Counted from the stretch's first letter, positions 47,426 through 57,856 are shown. The stretch is DNA of 64,000 nt from an uncultured Acidobacteriota bacterium (GCA_963777605.1 CAVZRV010000010.1:224001-288000), one strand, 5' to 3'. Made by a program: numbers and translations. Notes: generated from the sequence alone by a model not told the origin.

Positions 47426-48850
47426 CTAGCGGACCGGTCCTCGGACCTTCGTAGTGCCTACTTTACCAAGAATGAGGAAGGCAAGTAGGGAAACAACCAG
47501 GGCGACCACGCCGGAAGGAATATTCGAAGAGATGAGTTCCCATCGGGAGAGCAACTCCAGCACCACGCTCAGCGACAGGCCAAGCGAGATACTCACCCGG
47601 GCCGCCCACCGACCGGCCTCACGCCAGTTGAGGCCGAGCGCCAGGGACGGGGTCAAAGCCGCGGCGAAACTGCCGAATGCAAGGATTCCCAGGTAGGCGA
47701 CAAGCGAATTCATCCAGATCGCCAGCGCCCCGGCCACTCCGTAGATCAACAGTGAAAAGCACCTTCCCCAGGCCACCTCGTTTCGGGAGAACCAACCCAG
47801 GTCCTTTCCCAGATCGTGAGTTGCCGCGGCCGCCCCGACTCCAACAAAACTGTCGGCTGTTGACATGATAGCAGCCGTCACCGCGACGTAGGCAAGCGGC
47901 CCAAGCCATCCCGGAGCCACGTCCCTCAGGAAGACGACGATCGCATCGTCGGGATGTGCGAGGGGTGACAGGGTCCCCTCTGTGACCAGGCTCTTGACCA
48001 CAAGACCCACTCCCAGCCAGACCGTGCCGCAGATCAGCATCGAGACCGCCAGGAGAATCGGAAACAGGCGGAGCGACTTCAGGTCGCCGACCATCATAAA
48101 ACGATTGACCACGTGAGGCTGTCCCAGCGACCCGACACTGAACAGAAAGAACCAACTCAGGCAGACAACCGGACCAACACTTCCCCATGGACTGAGCGCC
48201 TCAGGGGAACCCCTGGACAGAACTCGGGACATGTGACTCAGTCCGCCACCCTCTCCGAGAGCAAATCCGAATATCATCAGGGCCACCCACAACATGATCG
48301 AGCCCTGAATGACGTCTGTGTTGACCGTAGCCGTCATCCCTCCGGCCACCGTGTAAAACACCAGCACGCCGACCCCAAGCAGAACCGAAGCGTCGCGACC
48401 GAACGGAGTCAACTGGTTCAAGATCACCGCCAGCGCCTGCAACTGAGCCGCCAGATAAGCCACCACGCCTACCAGGATCGCCAGGGCCGCCAGCCGGCTG
48501 GAGTATGCACAATCGTAACGTCGCCGAATGACCTCGGGAATCGTCAGGCACCGCGCCCCGTGTGACATCTCAAAGAGTGGCTTGGCCAGGACCCAGCACA
48601 TCAGTGCCCCGGTAAAGGAACTCGAAATGGTGATCCAGAAGGAACCCAGTCCAATCTGGTAGAAAAGTCCCGGCCCTCCCACAAAAACGAAGCCGCTCAT
48701 GATCGACGCCATCGTCGTCAACACGAGCACGACAAGCCCCAGTCGGCGACCAGCCAGGAAGTAGTCATCAGGTCCGCGACTCTGCCGTGCGGCACGGACA
48801 CCGATCCAGATGAGGCCAGCCAAGAATGCAATCCCGATCAACGCGCTCAT
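47426..48850 (-). CDS. Sodium:solute symporter (PutP/PanF-like)
   Basis: DYFLAGR, SGFVFVGGPG, YT..GGM.A...TD.IQG, GQPH...RF, AAIMSTADS. Confidence 0.92.
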   Translation of the reverse strand: MSALIGIAFLAGLIWIGVRAARQSRGPDDYFLAGRRLGLVVLVLTTMASIMSGFVFVGGPGLFYQIGLGSFWITISSSFTGALMCWVLAKPLFEMSHGARCLTIPEVIRRRYDCAYSSRLAALAILVGVVAYLAAQLQALAVILNQLTPFGRDASVLLGVGVLVFYTVAGGMTATVNTDVIQGSIMLWVALMIFGFALGEGGGLSHMSRVLSRGSPEALSPWGSVGPVVCLSWFFLFSVGSLGQPHVVNRFMMVGDLKSLRLFPILLAVSMLICGTVWLGVGLVVKSLVTEGTLSPLAHPDDAIVVFLRDVAPGWLGPLAYVAVTAAIMSTADSFVGVGAAAATHDLGKDLGWFSRNEVAWGRCFSLLIYGVAGALAIWMNSLVAYLGILAFGSFAAALTPSLALGLNWREAGRWAARVSISLGLSLSVVLELLSRWELISSNIPSGVVALVVSLLAFLILGKVGTTKVRGPVR

Positions 48851-49209
48851 TTGGAAAACCAGGAACGAAAGGAAACCAGGAACGCCACCGGCCCAAGGAG
48901 CAGTGGAACGATCCAGATTCCTCCAAGCATCCAGAATGCTCCCGCCAAGCCATCCGGGCCGAAATCCCTTTCGAATTGAGGAACTCCCACCAGGTAGAGA
49001 ATCACTCCACTCAGCCACAACCAGAGGGCCCAACTCGAATAACGGGGTGCGCCGCCCAACCGGGCCAGGACAGCAATGAAGGTCGTGGCCCCCAAGCCGA
49101 CCACCCAGGAGGAACCGGCAACGATTCCCCCCAGCAAGAACAAAAGCCCGACGACCAACCCTTCAATGATCATAGCGACGACTGACGGCCCCACACCCAC
49201 TGCCGGCAT
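48847..49209 (-). CDS. Small hydrophobic membrane protein coupled to the symporter
   Basis: 3-4 hydrophobic segments; ATGA overlap with the SSS gene; start uncertain (49209 or 49173). Confidence 0.65.
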   Translation of the reverse strand: MPAVGVGPSVVAMIIEGLVVGLLFLLGGIVAGSSWVVGLGATTFIAVLARLGGAPRYSSWALWLWLSGVILYLVGVPQFERDFGPDGLAGAFWMLGGIWIVPLLLGPVAFLVSFRSWFSK

Positions 49210-49314
49210 CCAACCAACAAGTTTCCCAAAACCAGTTCGGCGTCACCCCGACTCCCCCAGGTTGCTCCCCGACGGCCTTTCGGTCAAAAATACAGGAGAC
49301 TTAAAGGAGGATTC

Positions 49315-49602
49315 TTGACACTCGACAAAATCGCCAACTACTGCCAGATCAAAGACTGCCGCGTCCACCTGGGAAGCCCCGACTCCGGGTTTATCACCAT
49401 CGACGGAGAGGGCGTCACCAGTCGCTCGAACAACTACCGACGTTTCCTTGCCCATAACGAACTGGCGTCGCTTCCCAATCCCCGAAAAGCGCTTGAAGGA
49501 GCCGACACCTTCACAATCGAATCCGGAACGGACAGCCGCACTTTCGAACGGGCAGGATTTGAAAGTGAACTGGCCCACTTTTCCAGCCTGATCGGAGCCT
49601 GA
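49315..49602 (+). CDS. Hypothetical protein (95 aa)
   Basis: TTG start with strong SD AAGGAGG; followed by a hairpin. Confidence 0.7.
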   Translation: MTLDKIANYCQIKDCRVHLGSPDSGFITIDGEGVTSRSNNYRRFLAHNELASLPNPRKALEGADTFTIESGTDSRTFERAGFESELAHFSSLIGA

Positions 49603-49614
49603 ACCGACTTTCAA

Positions 49615-49646
49615 TCCCAATGGGTGCCGGAAAGCACCCATTGGGA
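49615..49646. terminator. Perfect 13-bp hairpin between convergent genes
   Basis: TCCCAATGGGTGC-CGGAAA-GCACCCATTGGGA. Confidence 0.7.
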
Positions 49647-49655
49647 AACGACCGG

Positions 49656-51041
49656 TCAGGCGTTTGGGAACCGGCCGCGGAGTCTTCTCAATGCAAGGTT
49701 GGCCGCCGACACAACATCGGCGTTTTCGCTTGCGGCCAGTTTCTGAACCATCGGCAGAGCATCGGCGCCGGCCCGCAGACCCACAACATCCAGCAATCGA
49801 ACGGTAACCGGAACACTTGCAGTCTGCAGGTAAGGGTAGAGCGCCTTAAGCTTGTCGGGCGGAAGATCGAGCAGGTAGTAGTAAGCCTGGTCATTCTCGG
49901 CACGGTCAACGAGTTCAACGATGTGCTCTTCACGCCCCAGCAAATAGAGGGCATACCCCATCGCCAGCTTGGCGCTTTCATCAGTCTCGCGCAGGTACCT
50001 GGTCGCGATCAGAGAAGTGTAGCTGCGATCGCCCATGCGCCCGAGGCCTTCCGCACCAAACCGGCGGTACTCGCTCCGGCTGTCGTTGAGGGCGTCCTCA
50101 AAGATGTCTTTGCTGCTCGGGTCGCCGATGTATGACAACGCCTCGAGGACCTTTCTCTGGAGGTCGTCCGTCCCGGAGACTGGTACGATGCCAAACACCT
50201 TCTTGCGTTCTTCCACTCCCGCGCGATAGAGGTCGTTCAGAACCGGAACCGCCGCCTTCACCCGCAGGTGTCCGGCAGTCAAAATCGCCTCGTCATGGAC
50301 CTTTTTGTCGGGGTCGCGAATGAGTGGAACCACCGCCTCGCCACCTTCCGGATCCCCAATTTTGTAGATGGCCCGAATCAGTTCGACCTTGACGTCGTCG
50401 GAACTCTCACGCCTCAGGGCATCTTCAATGGCTGTCAGCGACGCCGGTGAGCGGAGGATTCCCAGCGCTACCGCTGCGTCCTTCCTGAGCCCCTTGTCGC
50501 GGCTGAAGAGCAGGTCGATGAGCGCGTTGACGGCATCCGAACTGACGGGTACGTAGGGCTCCACCATCCGGGAATCGTAGTCGTCACTAAGGGGGTTCAG
50601 GAAGTCGACAACCTTGCCGACTCCGGACACGAAGCCCCCTTCAGGGTAAACATATATATTGACGATTCCTTCAATCGCCTCCTTCTGGATCCGCGTCTCG
50701 CTGTCGCGTGCCAGCTTGACGAACGCGCCCAGAGCTCGCGTGTCGTGGATTTGAATCAGAGCCCTGGCGGCCGCGTAACGGACGTCCGGATCAGAGTCCT
50801 CGGTGGCCTTGATCAGGCCAGGTACCGCCTCTCGGACCTTGTTGTCGCCGAGAAGCCTGGCAGCCTCCAGCCGGCGGTCCACGTCCGGATGGGTCAAATC
50901 ACGTATCAGGCCTTCGACGCTGCGTTTTTCGGTTTTCTGTGCTGCAGACGCAAATCCGCTGCTTAAGAACGCGGCGGTCAGTAACATGGCAATCCACAGG
51001 GGGAGAGACCTTCCCATGGGTTTGTTCCTTTCTGTAGACAT
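49656..51041 (-). CDS. Exported HEAT-repeat protein
   Basis: Signal peptide (ASA-A); repeated L.D.D.DVR..AA.ALG units. Confidence 0.88.
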   Translation of the reverse strand: MSTERNKPMGRSLPLWIAMLLTAAFLSSGFASAAQKTEKRSVEGLIRDLTHPDVDRRLEAARLLGDNKVREAVPGLIKATEDSDPDVRYAAARALIQIHDTRALGAFVKLARDSETRIQKEAIEGIVNIYVYPEGGFVSGVGKVVDFLNPLSDDYDSRMVEPYVPVSSDAVNALIDLLFSRDKGLRKDAAVALGILRSPASLTAIEDALRRESSDDVKVELIRAIYKIGDPEGGEAVVPLIRDPDKKVHDEAILTAGHLRVKAAVPVLNDLYRAGVEERKKVFGIVPVSGTDDLQRKVLEALSYIGDPSSKDIFEDALNDSRSEYRRFGAEGLGRMGDRSYTSLIATRYLRETDESAKLAMGYALYLLGREEHIVELVDRAENDQAYYYLLDLPPDKLKALYPYLQTASVPVTVRLLDVVGLRAGADALPMVQKLAASENADVVSAANLALRRLRGRFPNA

Positions 51042-51185
51042 TTCCCTAGTTTTCTAATGTAACAAAGTCCTCTGACCGTGTAGATGCGTGAAAACCCGGA
51101 ACTTCGCAGACTCCCCTTGACCTGACGCCTCCCAACTCCAAGAATGAGCAGGATCGTGAATTTCGGATTTCTTGCGGGAGCTTGC

Positions 51186-53747
51186 ATGCATTTGAATCGA
51201 TTCGTTCTGGGCCTTTCCGTCTTTTGGATCGCGGTTTGTCCGTCCTTTGCGCGAATGCCGGGTGCCTCTTTCCAACTCGAGGTTGAAGGGGTGGAATACT
51301 CCGATTCGGTTCCCAGCCCCGCCGACGTGCTCGGACACGAGATCGGAGCAACTCACACCAGGCCCGACCAGGTGGTCCGCTACTTCGAAGCTCTCGCGGC
51401 GCACAGTGACCGTGTCAAAGTCGAATATCACGGCTCGACGTACGAAGGCCGTCCACTGGTTCATGCCGTTGTCTCCTCGCCCGCCAACCTGAAGCGACTC
51501 GATGCAATCCGGCGGGAGAACCTGCGCCTTTCGGATCATCCCGACCAGGTCTCGGACCAGGAAATCGAGAAGATGCCGGTGGTCGTCACGATGGGCTACA
51601 GCGTTCACGGAAACGAGGCGAGCGGGACCGAAGCAGCACTCCTGCTCCTCTACTACCTGGCCGCCGGCAACGGGGAACCGGTTGAACGTGTGCTGGAGCA
51701 CTGCGTCGTCCTGATCGATCCGATGCTCAATCCCGACGGCCGCGCCCGCTTCGTCGAGTGGGTGAACGCAAATCGGGGAAGAGTGGCCAACGCTGACCCG
51801 GAAGACCGGGAGCACCGGGAGCCCTGGCCCGGGGGCCGGACCAATCACTACTGGTTCGATCTGAACCGGGACTGGCTGCCGGTCCAACTCACCGAATCCC
51901 GTGGTCGCTTGCAGCTTTTTCAGGACTGGCGCCCGCAGCTGGTCACCGACTTTCACGAGATGGGCAGCAACTCGACCTTCTTCTTCCAGCCCGGCGTCCC
52001 GACTCGGAACAACCCCAATACGCCGAAGCGGAACTTCGAACTGACTCAACAGATCGGAACCTTCCACGCCAAGTACCTCGATCGGATCGGATCCCTCTAC
52101 TATTCGGAAGAGAACTACGACGACTTCTATTATGGGAAAGGCTCGACCTATCCCGACATCAACGGCTCCATCGGGATTCTCTTCGAGCAGGCGTCCTCGA
52201 GGGGCCTGATGCGCGAAACCGAACTGGGGACGATCGACTTCGGCTTCACGATCCGAAACCAGTTCACGGCCTCGCTCTCGAGTCTCGACGCGGCGGTCAC
52301 CCTGCGCACTGAACTGCTCTCCAACCAGCGGGACTTCTACCGCGAGGCTCTCGACACAGCCCGCAAGAAATCCGTTCGCGCCTGGGTGTTTGGTGACGAT
52401 CACCCCGGTGGCCGTTCGGAGCCCATGATCGACGTCCTGCTGCGACACGGAATCGACGTTTACCAGCTCACGAGGGACCTGACCGTCGGCAATCACACGT
52501 TCAAGGCGGGCCAGAGCTGGATCCTGCCGGAGTTCCAGCGCCAGAGCCGTCTTCTCGATGTCCTGATGGAACGGGTCACGGAATTTCGGGACACGACGTT
52601 CTACGACATCTCGAGCTGGACCCTTCCGCTCGCCTTTGCGGTCAACGCCAGCCCGGTATCGGAGAAACTCGACAGCTACCTGGGAGAGCCGGTCAGGGAA
52701 CCAGTCAAGGCGCCCGGTTCCGTTTCCGGACCCGAAGACCCTTACGCCTACCTCATGGACTGGAACCACTACCGGGCCCCGGAAGCCCTATATCGGCTCC
52801 AGGTCGCGGGCGTGGCGGCACGATCCCTGACCAGTTCGGTCACCGTAAGCAGTGCCGGGAATCTCCGTACGGTTGGTGGAGCAGCAATCGTGATTCCGAC
52901 CACCCAGAAGGATCTCTCCCGGGAACAGGTTCGTGAACTGGTCGAACAGGCATCCCGTGAAACGGGAGTGACTTTCATTGGTGCGGATACCGGACTGACA
53001 GCTGACGGTCCCGACCTTGGCGGCCCTTCCAGCATGCCTCTGAAGACCCCGAAAATCGCGCTTCTGTGCGGCCCTGGCACCTCCTCAAGCCAGGCCGGGG
53101 AGGCTTGGTTCGTACTCAATGAGCGCGCCGGAATCCCGGTCAGCCTGCTCGACTTGGACCGCCTGGAATCCGTGGACCTGTCGCGCTACAACACGCTCGT
53201 CATGCCTGGAGGTTCATTCAGTTCGCTTTCGGAGAAGGACGGTGTAGTGCTGAGAGACTGGGTACGAGAGGGAGGCCTGCTGATCGCCTTTCAGGGAGCG
53301 GTGCGCAACCTGATTGCCATGCAAGTCATCGATGAACAGCTTCGAGACGCTCCGAAAACCACAACCCAGGTTCCCTACAACCAGGTTGAAAGCGCCCATC
53401 GCGCACGCGAAATCCCGGGCTCGATCTTCGAGGCGCAGCTGGACTCGACCCATCCTTTGGCTTCGGGCCTGCCTTCGAAACTCCCGGTCTTTCGGGACAG
53501 CACCCTGTTCATCGAGCCTTCCAAGACGCCGGGGGCGAACGTGGCCGTCTACGGACAGGAACCACTACTCAGTGGCTACGTTGCCACTGAGCCCCTGACT
53601 CAGGTCGCGGGCAGCGCCGCGGTGATTGCCCGCAAGGCCGGCAGAGGGCACGTCGTGTTGTTTGCCGACGACCCCAATTTTCGTGCCTTCTGGTACGGAA
53701 CGAGCCAGCTCTTCTACAATGCGGTCTTTTTTGGGCAGGCGTTCTGA
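51186..53747 (+). CDS. M14 zinc carboxypeptidase family protein, exported
   Basis: HGNEASG, NPDGR, NHYWFDLNRDW, DFHEM; signal peptide; start 51186 or 51144. Confidence 0.92.
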   Translation: MHLNRFVLGLSVFWIAVCPSFARMPGASFQLEVEGVEYSDSVPSPADVLGHEIGATHTRPDQVVRYFEALAAHSDRVKVEYHGSTYEGRPLVHAVVSSPANLKRLDAIRRENLRLSDHPDQVSDQEIEKMPVVVTMGYSVHGNEASGTEAALLLLYYLAAGNGEPVERVLEHCVVLIDPMLNPDGRARFVEWVNANRGRVANADPEDREHREPWPGGRTNHYWFDLNRDWLPVQLTESRGRLQLFQDWRPQLVTDFHEMGSNSTFFFQPGVPTRNNPNTPKRNFELTQQIGTFHAKYLDRIGSLYYSEENYDDFYYGKGSTYPDINGSIGILFEQASSRGLMRETELGTIDFGFTIRNQFTASLSSLDAAVTLRTELLSNQRDFYREALDTARKKSVRAWVFGDDHPGGRSEPMIDVLLRHGIDVYQLTRDLTVGNHTFKAGQSWILPEFQRQSRLLDVLMERVTEFRDTTFYDISSWTLPLAFAVNASPVSEKLDSYLGEPVREPVKAPGSVSGPEDPYAYLMDWNHYRAPEALYRLQVAGVAARSLTSSVTVSSAGNLRTVGGAAIVIPTTQKDLSREQVRELVEQASRETGVTFIGADTGLTADGPDLGGPSSMPLKTPKIALLCGPGTSSSQAGEAWFVLNERAGIPVSLLDLDRLESVDLSRYNTLVMPGGSFSSLSEKDGVVLRDWVREGGLLIAFQGAVRNLIAMQVIDEQLRDAPKTTTQVPYNQVESAHRAREIPGSIFEAQLDSTHPLASGLPSKLPVFRDSTLFIEPSKTPGANVAVYGQEPLLSGYVATEPLTQVAGSAAVIARKAGRGHVVLFADDPNFRAFWYGTSQLFYNAVFFGQAF

Positions 53748-53770
53748 TCGGGTCCAACTCCGGATCCCGG

Positions 53771-55012
53771 TTACACGTCGAGGACCCGACCCGTCTCGGC
53801 CGCTTCGGTTGCAACAATGCAGACTCTGGTGACGCGGACGGCCTCGTCCGGCCCGATCAGGTGAGTTCCCTGTCCCCGCAGTTCAGCGACGAAATCGGCG
53901 AAAAGGGACCGGGTCGGAGCCGACTGATCAAGGTTGCGCGGTGCGTTTCCCTCCTGCAGCAAGCTGACCACGGGCGGTTCGCCGATGGTCTCGACGATCC
54001 CTTCCGAGCCAGCGATTCTCAACCGGTCATCCCCGTGGGTCGGAGCGGTTTCGGGTCGAAGGAAATCCATCGTGATGGACACCGAAGCCCCGCCGTCCAT
54101 CTCCATGCTGAGCACAGAAGCATCCTGCACTCCCGGGTAGGCCGCATGCGCCAGGTTGGCCTGAAACGCGCTGACTTTTCTAACTTCAAGCCCCATGGCC
54201 CAGCGGACGTAGTCAACCGCGTGAATCCCCACCCAAAGGATCGTACTGCCGTAGATCTCCTTGTGGCGATAGAACCAGGGCCGATCCTCACCCCACTTGT
54301 AAGATTTCTGGGCCCGCCCGAGGCACGGGAGGCCAATTGCGCCGGTTCGGACAGCCTCTCTCACCGTGTAGATATTCGGTGAATAGCGCATCGCAAACAT
54401 GGCACTCAATCGAATGCCGCTTCGCTTGACCGCCGCTTCCACCTTCTCCAGGTCGGGCAGAGTCACCGCTACCGGCTTTTCGGAGAGAATGTCGATTCCG
54501 GCGTCGGCGGCAGCGACGATGGCATTCGCGTTTCGGGCGTAAGGAAGGGCCACCACGACCAGGTCGAGCGGCTCCTTGTCCAGCATCTCCTGGTAGGTTT
54601 CGTAGACGTGAAGCCCCGGTCCCGCCCACGGACGCCCTTCGAGCCAACGCCGGTTCCTGCTCATGTCGTAAGGCCCTGGACGAGGCGATCCGTCCGAATT
54701 GAACGACCATGAACCATCCTCGAAGGCATATGCCGCAATCCGTGCTCCCGAAACAGTATCGAGTTCATCCAGGACGTACCCGAGATGCCCGTCCCGGCCA
54801 ATCATCCCGATCCTGAGGGGAGCCTCCGGCTCCAGCCTCGGGCCCGTCGAGCCCGGTTTCGATGACGGCTTCCCGGCGGGTGACCGGAGGAGAGCTGCCG
54901 TACCTGCCAGCATGCCCCCGAACTGTCTTCGGGTGAAGCACTTACCCTTCAGGCCGGCGCCGAAATCGGTGGAAATCTTTCGAAGGTGAGAAGTCGAGAA
55001 GCGTTCGCTCAC
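53771..55012 (-). CDS. Gfo/Idh/MocA family oxidoreductase with Tat signal
   Basis: TRRQFGG signal, SEKPVA, GIH..D, I.GSEG. Confidence 0.9.
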   Translation of the reverse strand: MSERFSTSHLRKISTDFGAGLKGKCFTRRQFGGMLAGTAALLRSPAGKPSSKPGSTGPRLEPEAPLRIGMIGRDGHLGYVLDELDTVSGARIAAYAFEDGSWSFNSDGSPRPGPYDMSRNRRWLEGRPWAGPGLHVYETYQEMLDKEPLDLVVVALPYARNANAIVAAADAGIDILSEKPVAVTLPDLEKVEAAVKRSGIRLSAMFAMRYSPNIYTVREAVRTGAIGLPCLGRAQKSYKWGEDRPWFYRHKEIYGSTILWVGIHAVDYVRWAMGLEVRKVSAFQANLAHAAYPGVQDASVLSMEMDGGASVSITMDFLRPETAPTHGDDRLRIAGSEGIVETIGEPPVVSLLQEGNAPRNLDQSAPTRSLFADFVAELRGQGTHLIGPDEAVRVTRVCIVATEAAETGRVLDV

Positions 55013-55100
55013 AGTGAGCTTCTACTCCCAAAATGCGGGAGCTGTCAACTTCGGCCGGATGTGAACGAACGCGGAAGTGAGATTCGAAGGAGGGAAAGGC

Positions 55101-55129
55101 CGGGGGGAGGGCCGGCGACCCACCCCCCG
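55101..55129. terminator. GC-rich hairpin downstream of ppdK
   Basis: CGGGGGGAGGG...CCCACCCCCCCG, imperfect stem. Confidence 0.4.
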
Positions 55130-55165
55130 AATGCGGAACCCGAGGGCCCGCCGATTTCAGTCGGC

Positions 55166-57856
55166 TCACTTTTTCAGGGCAGCATGGGCGGCAGCCAGTC
55201 TGGCGACCGGAACCCGGTAGGGAGAGCAACTGACGTAGTTGAGGCCGAGGTCGTGGCAGAAGGCGATCGACTTCGGATCTCCTCCGTGCTCGCCGCAGAT
55301 GCCGATCTCGAGTTCGGGACGGGTGCCCCGACCCTTTTCGACGGCCATTCTCATCAGGCCACCGACGCCATCCTGGTCGATTGACTGGAACGGGTTCTCG
55401 GGAAGGACGCCGTGCTCGATGTAGGTGAGCAGGAACTTCCCTTCGGCGTCATCTCGCGAGTAACCGAACGTCATCTGGGTCAGATCGTTGGTTCCGAACG
55501 AGAAGAACTGGGCCACCCCGGCAATCGCGTCGGCCGTGACGGCGGCACGCGGGATCTCAATCATGGTCCCGAACTTGTATTCCACATTGACACCGGTCTC
55601 GTCCATCACCGCCTTGGCGATCTCCTCCAGCGTCGGCTGGATCACTTTCAGCTCGTTGACGTGCCCGACCAGGGGAATCATCACTTCGGGTTTGACCACG
55701 ACGCCGCTCTTGGCCTGGCTACAGGCGGCCTCAAAGATCGCCCGAACCTGCATCTTCACCAGGCCCGGCATCACGATGCTCAACCGGACTCCGCGCATTC
55801 CCATCATCGGGTTGCTCTCGTGCAGGTTGCGGATCGCGGCGAGGAGTTCCTCGTTCTCCTTGAGTCCCTCGGTCTGGTTCGAAAGGCGCTTGGCAAGCAC
55901 CTGTTCCAGAACATCTTCTTCGTTGGGCAGGAACTCGTGAAGAGGAGGATCGATGAGCCGGATGATGACCGGCAGCCCGTCCATCGACTTGAAGATCCCT
56001 TCAAAGTCGCCTCGCTGCAGCGGAAGCAACTGGTCGAGAGCTTCCTGACGCTCGGCATCGGTGTCGGCCAGAATCATCTGCTGCACGATCGGAAGCCTTT
56101 CTTCCTCGAAGAACATGTGCTCGGTCCGGCAAAGGCCGATTCCCTGGGCGCCGTATGAGCGGGCGCGTTCCGCATCCTTGGGATAATCGGCATTGGCCCA
56201 CACCTGGAGGCGCCGGAACTCGTCGGCCCAGGACAGGAGCGTGATCAGGTCGGTCTCCTCTTCGAAGTGCGGAGTCTGGGTCGGAATCTCGCCCAGGAAA
56301 ACTTCTCCGGTAGCGCCGTCGAGAGAGATCGCATCACCTTCTTTGATCGTCTTGCCGCCGGCAACAAACTCGCGGTTCTTCTGGTTGATCTTGACGTCGC
56401 TGGCGCCGCAGACACAGGGAACACCGAACTGCCGGGCGACGACCGCGGCGTGGCTGGTGGCTCCGCCTTCACTGGTCAAAATACCCTTGGCCGCCAGCAT
56501 GCCATGAACGTCGTCGGGCTTGGTAAAGGGCCGCACCATGATGACCTTCTTGCCGGCCTTGCCCCACTCTTCGGCCAGATCGGCATCGAACGCCGCCACA
56601 CCTACCGCGGCTCCGGGCGAGGCATTGACGCCCTTGCTAAGAAGCTTGCCTTCCGCCGCGGCAGAGGCCTTGGCCTCAGGATCGAAACGGGGATGCATGA
56701 GGGTGTCGACTTCCGTCGGCTTCACTTTCTTGACCGCCGCTTCCCTGGTGATCAGGCCTTCGTTAGCGAGATCAACAGCGATCTTCACGGAAGCCGCAGC
56801 CGTCCGCTTTCCGTCGCGCGTCTGGAGCATCCAGAGCTTGCCGCGCTCGATTGTGAACTCCACATCCTGCATCTCTTTGTAGTGCTTCTCGAGATTGCTG
56901 CAGATCGTGAGGAACTCTTCGTAAGCTTCCGGCAAGTCTTCGGACAGTTCCTGGATAGCCTTCGTATTCCGGATACCGGCAACGACGTCCTCACCCTGGG
57001 CGTTCAGCAGGTAGTCCCCGTACAGCTTCCTTTCGCCGGTAGAAGGATTCCGGGTAAAGGCAACGCCCGTTCCCGAATTCCAGCCCATGTTCCCGAACAC
57101 CATCGTGCAAATGTTGACGGCGGTACCCAGGTCGTGAGAAATACCGGCTGCATTCCGGTAGTCATTGGCGCGCTTCCCGTTCCAACTCCCGAAAACGGCC
57201 TCGGTCGCCAACTTCAGCTGCTCGTAGGGGTCCTGCGGAAAATCAAAGCCCTTCTCCTGCCGGATGATCCCCTTAAAGGTCTCGGTCAGTTCCTTCCAGT
57301 CATCCGCCGTAAGATCGGTATCGACATTGGCTCCCTTGGCCTTCTTCAGCTCATCCAGTGCCTCTTCAAACAACTCGTCGTCGATTCCGAGAACGACCGA
57401 CCCGAACATCTGGACCAGCCGACGATAGGAATCGTAGACGAAGCGCTCGTCACCCGTGAGCTCAGTCATGCCCTTGGCCGTCTGATCGGTCATTCCGATG
57501 TTGAGGACCGTGTCCATCATTCCGGGCATGGAAAACTTGGCACCGGACCGGCACGATACGAGAAGAGGATTCTTGGGGTCGCCAAAGACTTTCCCGGTCA
57601 ATCTCTCGACCTCTTTCATGGCCTCCCTTTCCTGAACCATGACACCGTCCAGGAACGCAGACCCTTCCGACAGGTAGGTCAGGCAGGCTTCGGTCGTTAC
57701 CGTAAATCCGGGGGGAACAGGCAGTCCAATTCGGGTCATCTCAGCCAGGTTGGCGCCCTTTCCTCCGAGGAACGCCCGAACGTCTTCCCACGCGCCGCCA
57801 ACCGCCTCTTGTGCTTGATCCAGTTCTCCGAATAGATAAACCCATTTCTTCGACAT
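55166..57856 (-). CDS. ppdK: Pyruvate, phosphate dikinase
   Basis: LGGKGANLAEM, SMPGMMDT, GGATSHAAVVAR, GLCRTEHMF, SFGTNDL, CGEHGG. Confidence 0.98.
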   Translation of the reverse strand: MSKKWVYLFGELDQAQEAVGGAWEDVRAFLGGKGANLAEMTRIGLPVPPGFTVTTEACLTYLSEGSAFLDGVMVQEREAMKEVERLTGKVFGDPKNPLLVSCRSGAKFSMPGMMDTVLNIGMTDQTAKGMTELTGDERFVYDSYRRLVQMFGSVVLGIDDELFEEALDELKKAKGANVDTDLTADDWKELTETFKGIIRQEKGFDFPQDPYEQLKLATEAVFGSWNGKRANDYRNAAGISHDLGTAVNICTMVFGNMGWNSGTGVAFTRNPSTGERKLYGDYLLNAQGEDVVAGIRNTKAIQELSEDLPEAYEEFLTICSNLEKHYKEMQDVEFTIERGKLWMLQTRDGKRTAAASVKIAVDLANEGLITREAAVKKVKPTEVDTLMHPRFDPEAKASAAAEGKLLSKGVNASPGAAVGVAAFDADLAEEWGKAGKKVIMVRPFTKPDDVHGMLAAKGILTSEGGATSHAAVVARQFGVPCVCGASDVKINQKNREFVAGGKTIKEGDAISLDGATGEVFLGEIPTQTPHFEEETDLITLLSWADEFRRLQVWANADYPKDAERARSYGAQGIGLCRTEHMFFEEERLPIVQQMILADTDAERQEALDQLLPLQRGDFEGIFKSMDGLPVIIRLIDPPLHEFLPNEEDVLEQVLAKRLSNQTEGLKENEELLAAIRNLHESNPMMGMRGVRLSIVMPGLVKMQVRAIFEAACSQAKSGVVVKPEVMIPLVGHVNELKVIQPTLEEIAKAVMDETGVNVEYKFGTMIEIPRAAVTADAIAGVAQFFSFGTNDLTQMTFGYSRDDAEGKFLLTYIEHGVLPENPFQSIDQDGVGGLMRMAVEKGRGTRPELEIGICGEHGGDPKSIAFCHDLGLNYVSCSPYRVPVARLAAAHAALKK

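Noticed and set aside
51054-57835. Long antisense ORFs (571 aa at 51054-52769, 522 aa at 56267-57835; similar ones opposite trxB, the ABC ATPases and nuoG)
   Set aside because: Shadow ORFs expected opposite GC3-rich genes; no protein motifs
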